Positions 28,559-42,789 of a stretch of DNA of 64,000 nt are shown in pieces. The notes beneath the pieces are model-generated. The model was not told the origin of the DNA and ran no database searches. It was given only the letters and a program-made list of their open reading frames with translations. Within the stretch, counting starts at the first letter, position 1. The number at the start of each line of letters is the position of its first letter. A program made the translations under genes and the position numbers. Location: positions 46,066,001-46,130,000 of the forward strand of contig OX597821.1 of assembly GCA_951406725.2 (NCBI GenBank), read 5' to 3'. Source of the DNA: Octopus vulgaris (Eukaryota).

Positions 28559-28787
28559 GTCGCGATCCTGGATCTTGTCCACTCAAACAACAGTGCATGA
28601 TCAAGGCAATTGTATATGAGGCGGAAGTCACTACAATCCTAAATGAAAATAAAGAAATAATAATAATGATACAATGAAAAAAGACCTATATTGGATTGTG
28701 TGAAGGGTAGTTTAAACAACGTTATGCCAGCCACATAGCCTTCTTCCGACCTAAAGACAAGAGTAAGGTCACAAAATTAGCCACCCA

Positions 28788-28792
<5 letters not shown>
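28558..28792 (+). pseudogene. Inverted partial copy of the PLE GIY-YIG segment
   Basis: CRDPGSCPLKQQCMIKAIVYEAEV...KTYIGLCEG*FKQRYASHIAFFRPKDKSKVTKLATHV. Confidence 0.85.
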
Positions 28793-28842
<50 letters not shown>

Positions 28843-28846
<4 letters not shown>

Positions 28847-29225
28847 TTTTACTCTTTTAGTTGTTTTAGTTATTTGACCGCGGCCATGCTGGAGCACCGC
28901 CTTTAGTCGAACAAATCGGGCCCAGGACATATTCCATCGGCCTGTTTTGCCGAACCGCTGACTTACGGGGACGTAAACACCCCAGCATCGGTTATCAAGC
29001 AGTAGTGGGGAGACAAACACAAGCACACAAATACACACTCTCATACACGCACACACACATATATATACACATTTGCGACGGGCTTCTTTCAGTTTCCGTC
29101 TACTAAATTCACTCACACAGCTTTTGTCGGCCGGAGGCTATAGTAGAAGGCACTTGCCCAAGGTACCACCCAGTGGGACTGAACCCGGAACCCTGTGGTT
29201 GGGAAACAAGCTTCTTACCACACAG

Positions 29226-29227
<2 letters not shown>
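28843..29227 (-). mobile_element. SINE family A
   Basis: Aligns in reverse to 25049-25463. Confidence 0.88.
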
Positions 29228-29263
<36 letters not shown>

Positions 29264-29373
29264 ATCACGTGACCGACCAGTCCATCAGATGTAGTTACAC
29301 ATCGCTGGTCACAATGCGTTCGCATTGTTTTTTAGCCTTCGAATGACGCCACCCCGCTGGCTAAGCGAGCACT

Positions 29374-29414
<41 letters not shown>

Positions 29415-29991
29415 CACATATTATGTATGCAAATGAAATATATGCTAAGAACTTTGTTTCACAATCATATGGTTCCAGGTTCAGTCCCACTGCGTGGTAC
29501 CCTCATCAAGTGTCTTCTGCTATAAACGTCGGTCGACCAAAGCCTTCTGGGCGAATTTTGTAGACAGAAACGGAGAGAACACTGTTGTATACACACACAC
29601 ACACACACGCACAGACATACACACACACACATGTATGTGTGTATGTGTGTGTGTTTCTGTGTTTGTGGATATATTTGACCGTCATCACTGCTTGAAAACC
29701 GTTGTTAGTTTGTTTTTTTGTATTTTTCCAATTTATTGAATAGCTGAGATGCCTTGAACAATACAGCTGGCATCTTATTCTTGATGAATGGTTCCCAGCC
29801 ACTTTTTACCAATGATTCCTTTGATTCCTGTGTTATTCGGGTGGACCCACATAACCATTAAAAAAATCATATTGTATATCTTGAATATTGTTAATAATTG
29901 CATAAAAAATGTTAAGTATGTTTTGTATTGTAGAAGCATTACCAACAAATTGCAGATAAAGTTTTACAGCAAGATCTTATACGACCTCTAT

Positions 29992-30087
<96 letters not shown>

Positions 30088-30697
30088 TTCATCCTCTATC
30101 ATTTACTAGTTTCAGTCGTTTGACTGCAGCCATGCTGGGGTACCGCCTTCCACGATTTATTTTTAAATCGAATGAATCAATCTCAGTACTTATTTGAAAG
30201 CCTGGTACTTGTTCTATAGAATTTCTCCACCGTCTAGGCTTAAAAAAAGCCCTTATTGTTTGTTTCTCCTTGTCCTGTCTTTTACTGTTTTTATCTTTAT
30301 TTTTTGTATTGCTTTTACTTTCCTGTTCTTGTCACCTTTATGTACGTCTCCGCGAATTTTTTTTATTTAATTCGCTTTGCGGGAAGGACTGTTTCAACGT
30401 AGTCGTGTTCTGCTCTTACCTTCGAAACACGCAATAAGTCGAAACAGGGGCAGCTGAAGAATGGGAATGTTCCTTGTGTTGTATGTCTTGTACTCTGTTT
30501 TTTTCGTTGTTAAAAAAAGTCCGTTTCCTTGTTTTGCTTTTATGTTTTCGTTTCTCGTTGTGTTCTAGGTTTTTTTTTTGTGGTGTCTTGTACCCATATA
30601 TGCATGTATATATACATATAGATGTAGGTATGTAAATATATGTATGTATGTATGCATATGTTTTATTTATTAAATTGTTATTATATATATATATATA

Positions 30698-31130
30698 CAG
30701 GAGCGGCTAGTCGCATGAACGGCTGTGTGGTAAGTAGCTTGCTTACCACCTACTTGGTTCTGGGTTCAGTCCCACTGCGTGACACCTTGGGTAATAGTCT
30801 TCTACTATAGCCTCTGGCCGACCAAAGCCTTGTGAGTAGATTTGGTAGGCGGAAACTGAAATAAGCCCGTCGTATGTGTGTATGTGTGTGTGTGTTTGAC
30901 CTCCCAACATCGCATGACAACCGATGCTGGTGCGTTTACGTCCCCGTAACCAGCGGTTCGGCAAAATACACCAATAGAATAGTACCTTCTCAACTTCCAA
31001 AGATCCATAGAATAAGTACTAGGCTTACAAAGAATAAGTTCTGGGGTCGATTTGCTCGACTATAGGCAGTGCCTCGTCATGGCCGCAGTCAAATGACTAA
31101 AACAAATAAAAGAATAAAAGATTAAAAGAA
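30698..31130 (+). mobile_element. SINE family A
   Basis: Aligns to 25049-25463 with two small insertions. Confidence 0.88.
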
Positions 31131-31285
31131 TATATATATATCTTATCTATATAAATAAAAACCGTTTTGCTATCTGACAGATGTCAGTCCGCTCTACTCG
31201 CTCGGTATACCCTCCTCTTCCCACGACGACAGCGTTCCAATAAAAAGAAGTAAATGAAAAATATGACGTTGATTGTTTGCTGGTA

Positions 31286-31372
<87 letters not shown>

Positions 31373-31564
31373 GTGTGTGCGTGTGCGTACTCGCGCGTAC
31401 GTGTAACTGTATGAGTGTGTTGAAGTGTTTGCATGAGTGCGTAACTGTAAAAGACGGTGTGTGCGCGCGCGTACCTGTATGAGACTGTGTCTGCCTCCGC
31501 GTAACTGTGAGAGATTAACCGGAAATAACCGAAGTATTATTTCACAAATAGTGAGCAGATAATA

Positions 31565-31604
<40 letters not shown>

Positions 31605-31705
31605 TGTATGTATATATATGTATATTATGCATTAATGTACGTTTGTATATACATATGTGTGTGTGAGTATATGTATATATACATGTGTTTATATATATAT
31701 ATATA

Positions 31706-32060
31706 TACTCTTTTACTCTTTTACTTGTTTCAGTCATTTGACTGCGGCCATGCTGGAGCACCGCCTTTAGTCGAGCAAATCGACCCCGGGACTTATTCTT
31801 TGTAAGCCCAGTACTTATTCTATCGGTCTCTTTTAGCCGAACCACTAGCTGACGAAGACATAAACACACCAGCATCGGTTGTCAAGCAATGCTAGGGGGA
31901 CAAACACAGACACACAAACACACACACACACATATATATATACATATATACGACAGGCTTCTTTCAGTTTCCGTCTACCGAATCCACTCACAAGGCATTG
32001 GTCGGCCCGGGGCTATAGCAGAAGACACTTGCCCAAGATGCCACGCAGTGGGACTGAACC

Positions 32061-32061
<1 letters not shown>
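31706..32061 (-). mobile_element. SINE family A
   Basis: High-similarity reverse copy; head truncated at (TA)n. Confidence 0.9.
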
Positions 32062-32122
<61 letters not shown>

Positions 32123-32164
32123 ATATATGATATATATATGTAATATATGATATATATAATATAT

Positions 32165-32305
32165 ATATGCAAGAAGAAAATGGATGAATAATAACAAGAA
32201 GAAGTTGGTCTTTTGCGCTAGTAAGCCATTAATTTAATTAATGGCTTACTATCGCAAACGTCCAGCTTCATCCTGTTATTTTTCATCCATTTTCTTTCTG
32301 CATAT
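32165..32305. repeat. Imperfect fold-back palindrome, about 69 bp arms
   Basis: Centre tagtaagccattaat-tta-attaatggcttacta; arms pair out to atatgc/gcatat; adjoins (TA)n. Confidence 0.88.
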
Positions 32306-32466
32306 AATTTAAACTACGGTTTACCCGCTGAATTACCTGCTACCGTACACCTTTTACCAAGGGTTGTACCCACACAGCTTATCACCAGGAGCGCCTTTGG
32401 ATTTAACCGTCCCTTAGAGGTTTTTAACACTTCTAACTTATACCTACATATATATATTTCTATATG

Positions 32467-32525
<59 letters not shown>

Positions 32526-32839
32526 CCGAAGTATTATTTTACGAATCTTGAGCAGACGATAGCTTTTTTATGCTTTAGAATCATCTCACTTTTGCTTGAT
32601 AACTATTTATTTTCGAACTCTTCCCAAATACAACGTCCAAATTCAACATTAAAGTGAAGTATATTTCTAAATTCTTTGTTATACTCTCCAGTGTTCACAT
32701 AGTCAGTTACCATTGTCTTCGCGAAGAATCCATATGGAGTTTAAGCTGGATGTGCTGATCTTTCCTGTGAGCAGGCGATAGCTTAATCTAATAATATTAT
32801 CACTTCAGAAAATCACGTTATCAATAAGGATAATAACTT

Positions 32840-34381
32840 AAATGGTGTATATAATGATCGCCACGGAAGGAAACGATACAAATTTATTTAACAACTGTGT
32901 CGTTTCAGAAAATTGCGTTATCAATATTAATGATAACCTTTTCATCAATACCGACCAAAATTTAAATGATGCAACAAATAATCTAAACAACGGTAATATA
33001 AGTGTAATTAATAATGATGCAAGGAAAATTTCTCAGCAAGAAAACACAAAAAAAAAAAAAAAATGAGACGAATGAGGGAGATTTAGAAATTCAGAGAGCA
33101 AGAAATGAAGTATATCAAAGACGAGAAAGACTCTCAATTCAAAGAAGGAACGAAATTAGAGAAGAAATAATGAAATTAGACAAGAACACAGATTGGCTTA
33201 CCAAGTTCTTGAGAGAAATTCGACACTGGGAATAATAAGAGAGGAAATTATAATTTTGCTCAAGTAAGAAACCGGCCAAAACTTAAATGATGCAACTAAC
33301 AGCTTAAATAGCAACAATAATGTAAGTGTAATAAATAAAGATACAATGAAAATTTTAAATGTCTCAGCAAGAAAAGCCAAAAAAAAAAAAAAAACCCAAA
33401 TGAAATGAGGGAAAATAAGAGAGAAACTCGAAGAGCAAGAAATCGAGAGTATCAAAGACGAAGAGGAGAAAGACTCTCATTTCAGAGACGAAGGAATGAA
33501 ATTAAAGAATAAAATAGATTGGCCTACCAAGTGTTGAGAAAAAATTCGACACAAGAAATAAGAGAGGAATTTAGAATTTTGCCCATTATAACAAGAAATT
33601 CTCAGATTATGGAGGCGAGACTAATGTATGCTGAACTATGTACTTGTGTTAAATCATTTACAAATGCAGCATTCGATTATGATCCAACTAAAAATTATGA
33701 TAATCTATCAACTTTAGGAACAATGCCAGTAGTTTGTAAGCATTGTTGTGCAAAACTATTTAAGGATGAACCTAAGGGATTATGTTGTTCAAATGGTAAA
33801 GTCAGATTAAATTTGTTTGAAAGACCACCTGGGGGAAAATCTGGATTCCCCCCAAAACTTTTTAAATAATCAAAAAATATAATGAATTACTTTCAATTAC
33901 ATCCTTTGGAGTTGGTGAATCAATATCTCTACTGGGATTCATGCAAGTTTCCAAAATACAAAGTCAAATTTACCACAGAATAAGTTCATTGTATAATACA
34001 GATGAAAATATTCCTAAATATGCCCAAGTATTTAATGATTTAAATGACCAAATAGATATCAGAAATTTCCTGAACAAAGTTACACACTACATGACATATA
34101 CAAGAGATGTTTATGGAAAATAATGAGCTTATAAGACAAATTAAAATTATGGCATCTTTGGTTAACAAACCTAAACTTAAATTGTCAATTTGTGCAGGTA
34201 GCGACCAGCTGGTGAGCATGCACAAAGGTACAATTACCGAGTATCTAACGATGTGTGATTAGTAGTGGTTGGAACAGAAATTCCCCAAAGAAACAATTTT
34301 TACCTATAAATATAATACTGTAAAGGAAATCAATGAATTACATAGATCCTATGATCCATTACAATATCCATTAATTCATTG
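32840..34381 (+). pseudogene. Helitron Rep/helicase N-terminal relic
   Basis: AAFDYDP...GTMPVVCKHCCAKLFKDEPKGLCCSNGKVRL; ITSFG; KIQSQIYHRISSL; PKYAQ; INELHRSYDPLQYPL; diverged internal duplication about 32945-33245 / 33268-33570. Confidence 0.85.
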
Positions 34382-34425
34382 AATCTAAAGTATAATTTAC
34401 ATCAGTAAATGATAGATCATTCTAG

Positions 34426-34539
<114 letters not shown>

Positions 34540-34587
34540 TGTATGTATGTATGTATGTATATATGAATACATACATACATACATATA

Positions 34588-34651
<64 letters not shown>

Positions 34652-34831
34652 GTATTTTACATATACATAAGTTGGGCTTCTTTTCTGCTTTCTCCTACCA
34701 AATTCAGAAGTCGGTCGGTGCTACATAGTAGGACAGATCCCAAGACGCTATGGTTGTGAAGCAAGCTTCTTCACCACACATATACGCCCTGTTGTTATAC
34801 ATACCTACATACATACATACATACATACATG

Positions 34832-34863
<32 letters not shown>

Positions 34864-34923
34864 CATACATACATATACGCATGCATGCATATGGACAAAG
34901 AGATAGGCAAGCAAACAATCGAC

Positions 34924-35003
<80 letters not shown>

Positions 35004-35231
35004 TGATAGATAAATACAAATACCTATATATGAACTAAGAAAATTTAGATATGCTTCGACCAAAGAGTGGTCAAGGCTACAAGGCATATTAAATATATAT
35101 TTCTTTTCAGATGTAAAGTGATCCAAAACAAAGTGTTTTATAAGTTATACCTGAATGTTTTTTTGTGAAACACACCAAGCACTTGTTTTTTTTAAGTCGC
35201 TGATATTACTGTAGTAAAAACAATAAATTCC

Positions 35232-35285
<54 letters not shown>

Positions 35286-35361
35286 GATGGATGGATGGAT
35301 GGATGGATGATATGTTGATGCATATATATATATGTTGATATATATATATATATATATATAT

Positions 35362-35527
35362 AGGCGTAGGAGTAGCTGTGTGGTAAGTAGCTTGCTTACC
35401 AACCACATGGTTCTGGGTACAGTCCCACTGCGTGGCACTTTGGGCAAGTGTCTTCTACTATAGCCTCGGGCCGACCAAAGCCTTGTGAGTGGATTTGGTA
35501 GACGGAAACTGAAAGAAGCTCGTCGTA

Positions 35528-35584
<57 letters not shown>

Positions 35585-35761
35585 GTGCGTTTATGTGTCT
35601 GTGCTTGTCTCCCCAACATCGCTTGACAACCGACGGTGGTGTGTTTACGTCACCGTAACTTAGCGGTTCGGCAAAGGGGACCGATAAAATAAGTACTAGG
35701 CTTACAAAGAATAAGTCCTGGGTCGATTTGCTCGACTAAAGGCGGTGCTCCAGCATGGCCA
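35362..35761 (+). mobile_element. SINE family A, tail truncated
   Basis: Aligns to 25049-25420; abuts the mariner relic. Confidence 0.9.
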
Positions 35762-35764
35762 CAT

Positions 35765-36860
35765 GGAAATTTAGCATCATGATGTTATCAAGTAGTTTCA
35801 GAAAATTGGTTTACCCTCCAAGGACATTCATTACAGTAGGGGGTGACTCTCCAGCTGTGCAAAAGTGGACCGCTGGATTTAGGAGGAAAAAAGAAAGTTC
35901 TAAAGATGACTCAAGCTTTGGACATCCTGTAACTGCCACCTCCAAGGAAAACATTAATCGTGTTTACCACATGGTGATGGTTGACACGCAGCTAACTATA
36001 AACCTAATAGCCAATTCTATTAGCCTGCTCCGTGAGAGAGTTGACAACATTCTGCACAATGGCAGAAGGTGGCGAGCTGGCAGAAACGGTAGCACGCCGG
36101 GCGAAATGCGTAGCCGTATTTCGTCTGCCGTTATGTTCTGAGTTCAAATTCCGCCGAGGTTGACTTTGCCTTTCATCCTTTCGGGGTCGATAAATTAAGT
36201 ACCAGTTACGCACTGGGGTCGATGGAATCGACTTGTTTGTCCCCTCTATGTTTAGCCCCTTGTGGGTAGTAAAGAAATAAATACTCTGCACAATGAACTT
36301 GGCTTGACGAAAGTATCTACTCGGTGAGCGCTACGTCTTCTAACACATGATCAAAAAGGCACCAGGCTGATCACATGACAATGTTTGAGATAGATCTAGT
36401 TGCTTTCCTTGAACGTTGGTTTCATCACCTGAGCCAGAGACAAAGAGACAATCCATGCAGTGGAAACACCCCTCCTCGCATGCTCCAAAAGGAGCCAAGG
36501 TCATATCATCTGCAGGGAAGGTGATGGTTTCAGTTTGGGGGGAAGCAAAAAGGCATTGTTCATTGAATATCGTCGTAAGGGCCACACCATCAATGGAGAG
36601 TACTATACCAAATTGCTGATGCAGTTACGAAATGCTATCAAGACCAAAGACCCAAGAAAACTGACGAAAAGGGTCTCTTTTCATGCGGACATAAGTCATT
36701 GATATCAATGGTTGCTATGAGTGACTATGGCTTTGAACTTGTTGATCAGCCTCCCTATTCTCCTGATTAGGCCCCCACCTGACTATCATCTGTTCTCCAG
36801 CATGATAAAACACCTGGCTGGGAACCAGCATCACACTGGCGATGACGTCATATCTGCTGC
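35765..36860 (+). pseudogene. mariner-family transposase relic interrupted by a SINE
   Basis: VQKWTAGFRR..S.KDD..GHP; ILHN|ELGLTKVS; PETKRQSMQW; SAGKVMVSVW; TINGEYY; QPPYSPD*AP. Confidence 0.9.
36062..36284 (+). mobile_element. SINE family B with 11 bp TSD
   Basis: TSD tctgcacaatg at 36051-36061 and 36285-36295. Confidence 0.92.
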
Positions 36861-37081
36861 TGCTGCTGCTGCTGCTACTAGTTACTTTTGAAATCTTCAT
36901 CTGGAAAGAAACAATGCAATTATTAAGTTATCAAGGCATGCAAGCCCTAGCATCGCACCTCTGGCATCACTCCTTCATAGCCTGTGAACTTTTCAGCTCA
37001 CTCTCGTATATACAAACATATACATATACGCACAAATACATATATGTATACATATATCTATATATCAGGTGGTGTAAAATC

Positions 37082-37127
<46 letters not shown>

Positions 37128-37732
37128 CTACTGAAGAAAGCAACTTTGAAAATTCTATTCATTGCTGTACACTTTTCTGTTCTGCTTTTAGTTTCATGAT
37201 ATCTGTCTCTCCTTTAAAACGTCAGTACCTGCTGGAAATAGCTACCATCAGCAGAATCCTTCTTTTTGTCATGCCTTTCACGGTATTTTATTTACATTAC
37301 GGAAAATATGTTGAAAGGCTAATGTGTATAAGTAATATTATAAAACAATGTTAACTATGAAATAAAATCGATGACGTTATCTATCAATAATAACTTTTTG
37401 CGACAATAAATTTACCTTAATGTCTCTTAAACACATCTTAATTCACGATACAACATGATAATTTTCTTATCAGAAAAGAAAGGACTTGAACCACAGTCGC
37501 GCTGATGGACACGCAATAGCTTCCCAATAGAAAAATGAAATCTAGAAAAAGAATAAGTAGGAGTTTGGTCGTGTGGTAACTTCGTTATGCTAAGATACTA
37601 GATGTCTTAGTGTAAGGTGTTTCAATCCTATGTAACCGCATCGCCAGCTTTCTCATCTATTCTTCTCCACCTAAAGGCGGTGCTCCAGCATGGCCGCAAT
37701 CAAATGACTGAAACAAGTAAAAGAGTAAAAGA

Positions 37733-37841
<109 letters not shown>

Positions 37842-37846
37842 CAGAC

Positions 37847-37919
<73 letters not shown>

Positions 37920-37939
37920 TGTATGTATGAATATATACA

Positions 37940-40730
37940 CAGTGGTGGATCTACCATAAAACTAATGAAGCTTAATCTTCAGGGCTCCTAATCCCGGAGG
38001 CTTCCCTCTGAAGCAACTTAATTTTTTCATTCTGTCAATTATTTTGTATTTAAGTATTTTGCCACGCAGATTGCAGTTCCCAGTCTTAGTGGACGTCATA
38101 TAATACTCCTACGCAGATTCTAAATACGCAGTGTCTATCCATGATTTGTCCACCTGCTGTTTCTGCTGGTGTGGAATAGAAGAAAAAAATAAAAGTACAA
38201 ACGACTCACAGATAATTCGCTTTACTTGAATTATTTTGGAAACTTTGGCCCTGCCCCTCCCATTGTCAAAAACGTTTACTACTACATCAGCACGGTAGAA
38301 ATAAGAATTCTTATTTTCACAATATCATTTAATGACCAATGAAAGGGTTTGTCTCCTAATTTTGGACTTAAAATCTGTTCAGTAACAAAGCATTTTTTAC
38401 TTCAAAAATTGTTTGAATATCACCTTGTACAAAATGAACAATTTTTCATTTACGACTATATATTAAGTTGTGGACCCTTAACTTGATCAATCTGTCTCGC
38501 TGTGGATAATGAAAATATTACCCCAATTTTTTTTTTCACGCAGTTTTAGGCCCCAAGCGGAATAGCAATGTCTTCAAGAAAGTACTTAAGTGGATACCAG
38601 AAACGCCAAATCAAGGAAAAGCATTATAAAGAATTTTCTAAGTGTTAAAAACTATCAAACTATTTTACAATGTCAAGTAAGTTTGTCATCACCTGCAAGT
38701 GAACGAAGTCATACATGCACCAGTGAAATCAATGACAGGGCACAAATCATGAGTGTTCTGTTTAGCAATAATCAACCTATTGTTGACACTTTTGGTGCAG
38801 ATGATGATCACGGTGGTCGAGAGAGAGCAGAAATAGGAAACAGGAAGCAAATTTAGTGATTTCAAAGAATGCAGTAGCCCGTAACAGTTGATAATGATTT
38901 CATACAAAACTGTTTAATGCAAGACATCAGCTTTCTTTTATAAAAAAAAGAAAGACAGATAACGTGCATACTGAATCCAACAAGATTTACAAACAGCAAA
39001 ATCGAAGTTTTTCAAACAAATACTTTGAAAAAAAAGATTTAAAAATGGTCAGACAGTGATGAAACCCTTGTTAGTTTACTGAAAGCGCAAACTCTTTTCT
39101 AAAAGCCAAATATCACTTACAATGGGTGGGTTTTCTGATTGGATGAATATACTCAAAACTCTAGAAAATCATGAAGACAGCATGGAACATAACAGGGCGA
39201 TTTTGAGCTGTCTAACACGAAAGTCAAATAAAAACGCTGTGGATCAGCAACTTGAGGAACAGTTGAGAAAAAACATGCAGTACTATTTTGAAGTACTAAA
39301 GAAAGTTGTAGCAGTTATAAAGTTTTTAAGTGAAAGAGGTTTAGCATTTAGAGGTCATGAGGAAAAGTGGTGCTCCCCAAACAATGGAAATTTCATGGGG
39401 ACCATTCAGCTTATTGCGGAGTTTGACCCCTTTTTACATGAACATTTAGAGAAATGTAAAAATGAAAAGATAAATATTACTTACCTATCCAAATCCGTGT
39501 ATGAAGAATTGATAGAAATCATGGTTAAACGTGAAAGATGAAGTGTTGAATCAGATCAACGACCTAGACATCAAATACTACTCAATCATTGTTGACTCTA
39601 AACCTGAGATGACACATGGTGACCAGCTGGTAATTGTGGTTCGATACTGTTATAATGGAAAACTCTGTGACAGATCAGATTTTTAGCATTTTTGCCAATA
39701 GAAACATTCATCCATGACCTTGTACAACAAAATAACAATTTCTGGGGGAGAATAAGCTTTCACTTGAAAATATCCGTGGTCACTCGTACGATAATGCTTC
39801 CAACATGAAGGGCTCGGAGAAAGGACTGCAAGCACTTCTCAAAAACATTAACAGATATGCAAACTACGTACCATGTGCAAGCCATTCACTCAACCTTGTT
39901 TAGTAAAAGGCAGTGTCTACTGTCTCTGAAGTTGTTGACTATTTTGGCATCTTGCAGCAGCTGTATATTTTCTTTTCTGAATCTCCTCGAAGATGGGTGG
40001 TTTTGAACACACAAGTCAATCTAGCCTTTTCTCTAAAGAGCATCAGTGTAACTAGGTTGTCTGTACACTATGAAGCAGTCCGGGCAATTAAAAAATGGAT
40101 ATAGGGATATTTTACAAACTCCCAAACATATATTGAGAAGAGAAACCTGAATGTAAGCGAATGGCAAAGAATTTATACCACAAGTTGGTAAAATTGGAAT
40201 ATGCTGTTTTAACAGTCATTTGGGAAGAAGTTATGGAGCGTTTTAACAAAACAAGTAAGAAACTTCAAACCCCTGGTTTTGATGTATTTGAAAGTTGCCT
40301 TCTGCTAGCATCTTTGCTTTCATTTGTTAAAGAACTGCGAGAAAATTCACCCAACAGGATTGCACACTATGAATCAGTAGCAAAAGGTTTATGTGAATAT
40401 ATCACCTCAAATTATTCTGATGTTTCCAAACTCATTGTTACAAAGAAATTTGCAGATGAAACAAGTGATAGGGCTTCTTTGAAAGGGGCTGAAAAATTAA
40501 GGACAGAAATTATAAATCAATTTAGGATAAAAGTTCTAATCCAGTTAAGCAAGAGGATGGAGTCATATGAGCAGATTGCAATAAAGGTTCAAGTTTCTCT
40601 TAGAATTAATGAACAATTCAGAATTTGATGAGAACAGTATCAAATTCATGATATCGCCTTACAAAGATTATATTGACCACAAATTAATAAATGAATGTTA
40701 TCAGTTCAAAGAGTATTTACACATTAGGAA
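37940..40730 (+). mobile_element. hAT DNA transposon relic (DUF4371 / ZMYM-like transposase), 3' truncated
   Basis: Left end cagtggtggatcta; FLSERGLAFRGHEE, NNGNF, YSIIVDS, DQLVIVVRY, GHSYDNASNMKG, YVPCASHSLNLV; frameshifts and stops. Confidence 0.9.
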
Positions 40731-40739
40731 ATATATATT

Positions 40740-40829
<90 letters not shown>

Positions 40830-40879
40830 CATAAACACACACAAACACACACGTATGTACATATGTATACAAATATACG

Positions 40880-41200
40880 TGAAGGTGCATGTCTCAGTAG
40901 TAAGAGCGTCGGGCTCACAATCATAAGGTTGTGAGTTCGATTCTCGGACCGGTTTGTGTGTTGTGTGCTTGATCAAGATACTCTATTTCATAGTTCTCCA
41001 TTTCACTCAGCTGTAGAATTGAGTTGCATGTCACTAGTGCCAAGATGTATTGACCTTTTCCTTTCTCGTGGGTAACATCACTGGTGTGGAGAGTGAAGGC
41101 TGTTATGCATGGGTAGCTACTGGTCTTCAATAAAAAAACTTGCCTTGGAGGAGAACGTTTTAGATGTAATTCCATGGTCATTCATGACCGAAGTGGGTTA
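40880..41200 (+). mobile_element. Diverged SINE, head D plus a different tail (tail 3)
   Basis: Head and cttgatcaagatact...cactcagctg match the reverse of 15790-15926; downstream sequence differs. Confidence 0.7.
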
Positions 41201-41469
41201 TTACCCTTTACAAATATATATTTATATTTAAGCGCAGGTGTGAGTATGTGGTAAGAAGGTTGATTCCCAACAACATAGTTCCAGGTTTAGTCCCTTGGGC
41301 ATGTGTCTGCTACTACAGTCTCGGACCAATCAAAGCTTTGTAGATAGATTTCTCAGACGGAAACTGAAAGAAGCGCCTCGTGTGTGTGTGTGTGTGTGTG
41401 TATGTATATATATATATATATGTGTGTGTGTGTATGTATATATATATATATATATATCACCACCACCAG

Positions 41470-41768
41470 CACGTAACCGACCAGTCCATCAGATGTAGTT
41501 ACACATCGCTTGTCACAATGCGTTCGCATTGTTTTAGCCTTCGAATGACGCCACCCTGCTGGCTAAGCGAGCAGGCCAACAGAAGAAAGAGTGGGAGAAA
41601 GAGTGGTGAAAGAGTACAGCAGGGACCACTCCCCCCTCCTGCCGGAGCCTCGTGGAGCTTTTAGGTGTTTTCGCTCAATAAACACTCACAACGCCCGGTC
41701 TGGGAATCGAAACCGCGATCCTACGACCGCGAGTCCGCTGCCCTAACCACTGGGCCATTGCGGCTCCA
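41470..41768 (-). mobile_element. SINE head C plus tail 1
   Basis: Reverse copy of 21871-22140. Confidence 0.9.
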
Positions 41769-41800
41769 CTTATATATATATATATATATACATACACACA

Positions 41801-41874
<74 letters not shown>

Positions 41875-42438
41875 CGGCAAATTAGAAAGTGGAGAGGATA
41901 TAAACACCAGCTGGTAAACATTCCAGTTTGTCTATTTATTCAAATGTATTGGATGAATCCACACACATGTATTAGTGGTACAGATTATCAAGTAGAAAAC
42001 TTGGTAATTGCATAAATACGGGTGTGGAAGCATATAAGCATATAGAAAACAAGTGAGTAAATGAGCAAATGAGCAAATGGGCAAATGAGCAAATGACCAG
42101 ATTGTCACTAAAACCGAATAGATATGCGGGTGCTAGTTCCTTACAGCCGTTTCTGCCAAGAAGCAGCGAAATCTTCCAGGTTATCTCAATCTCTTCAGTG
42201 TTATGCAGGAATGAGCAGGCATGGGTCTTTTTGCGTTCCCGTTGCTTAATGGTTCCGATAGAATATGTACCACTTTTTAAAAACAAAAATAGAATTGCTG
42301 GGGTTCATTCCACTAAAAATTCAAGGCAGTGCCCCAGCATGGCCGCATTCTAAGGACTGAAACAAATAAAAGAAAAAAGATAAAAGATATATACATATAT
42401 ACCTGCATACATACACGCACGCACACACACACACACAT

Positions 42439-42546
<108 letters not shown>

Positions 42547-42789
42547 AGTTCAAACATATAGAACAATAGTTCAAATTTATAGAAAAACAAAAGACGAAGA
42601 CAGGTTTATGAACAAGTAGGTGTATTAGTTTGGACGCTCGGGAAAATGAAAAAGTCTTTTACGTTTCGAGCCTACGCTCTTCAGCAGAAAGGAATAAGGG
42701 AAAATAAACAGAGAGAGAATGAAAAGAAACTTATCTCATGAGTAATATCCGGATTTTAAATAAGGAAAACGAATGATCAAGTCTTGCTT

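Noticed and set aside
42056-42095. Repeated gagcaaat octamer considered as an array
   Set aside because: Simple 8 bp tandem repeat without spacers; eukaryotic context, not CRISPR
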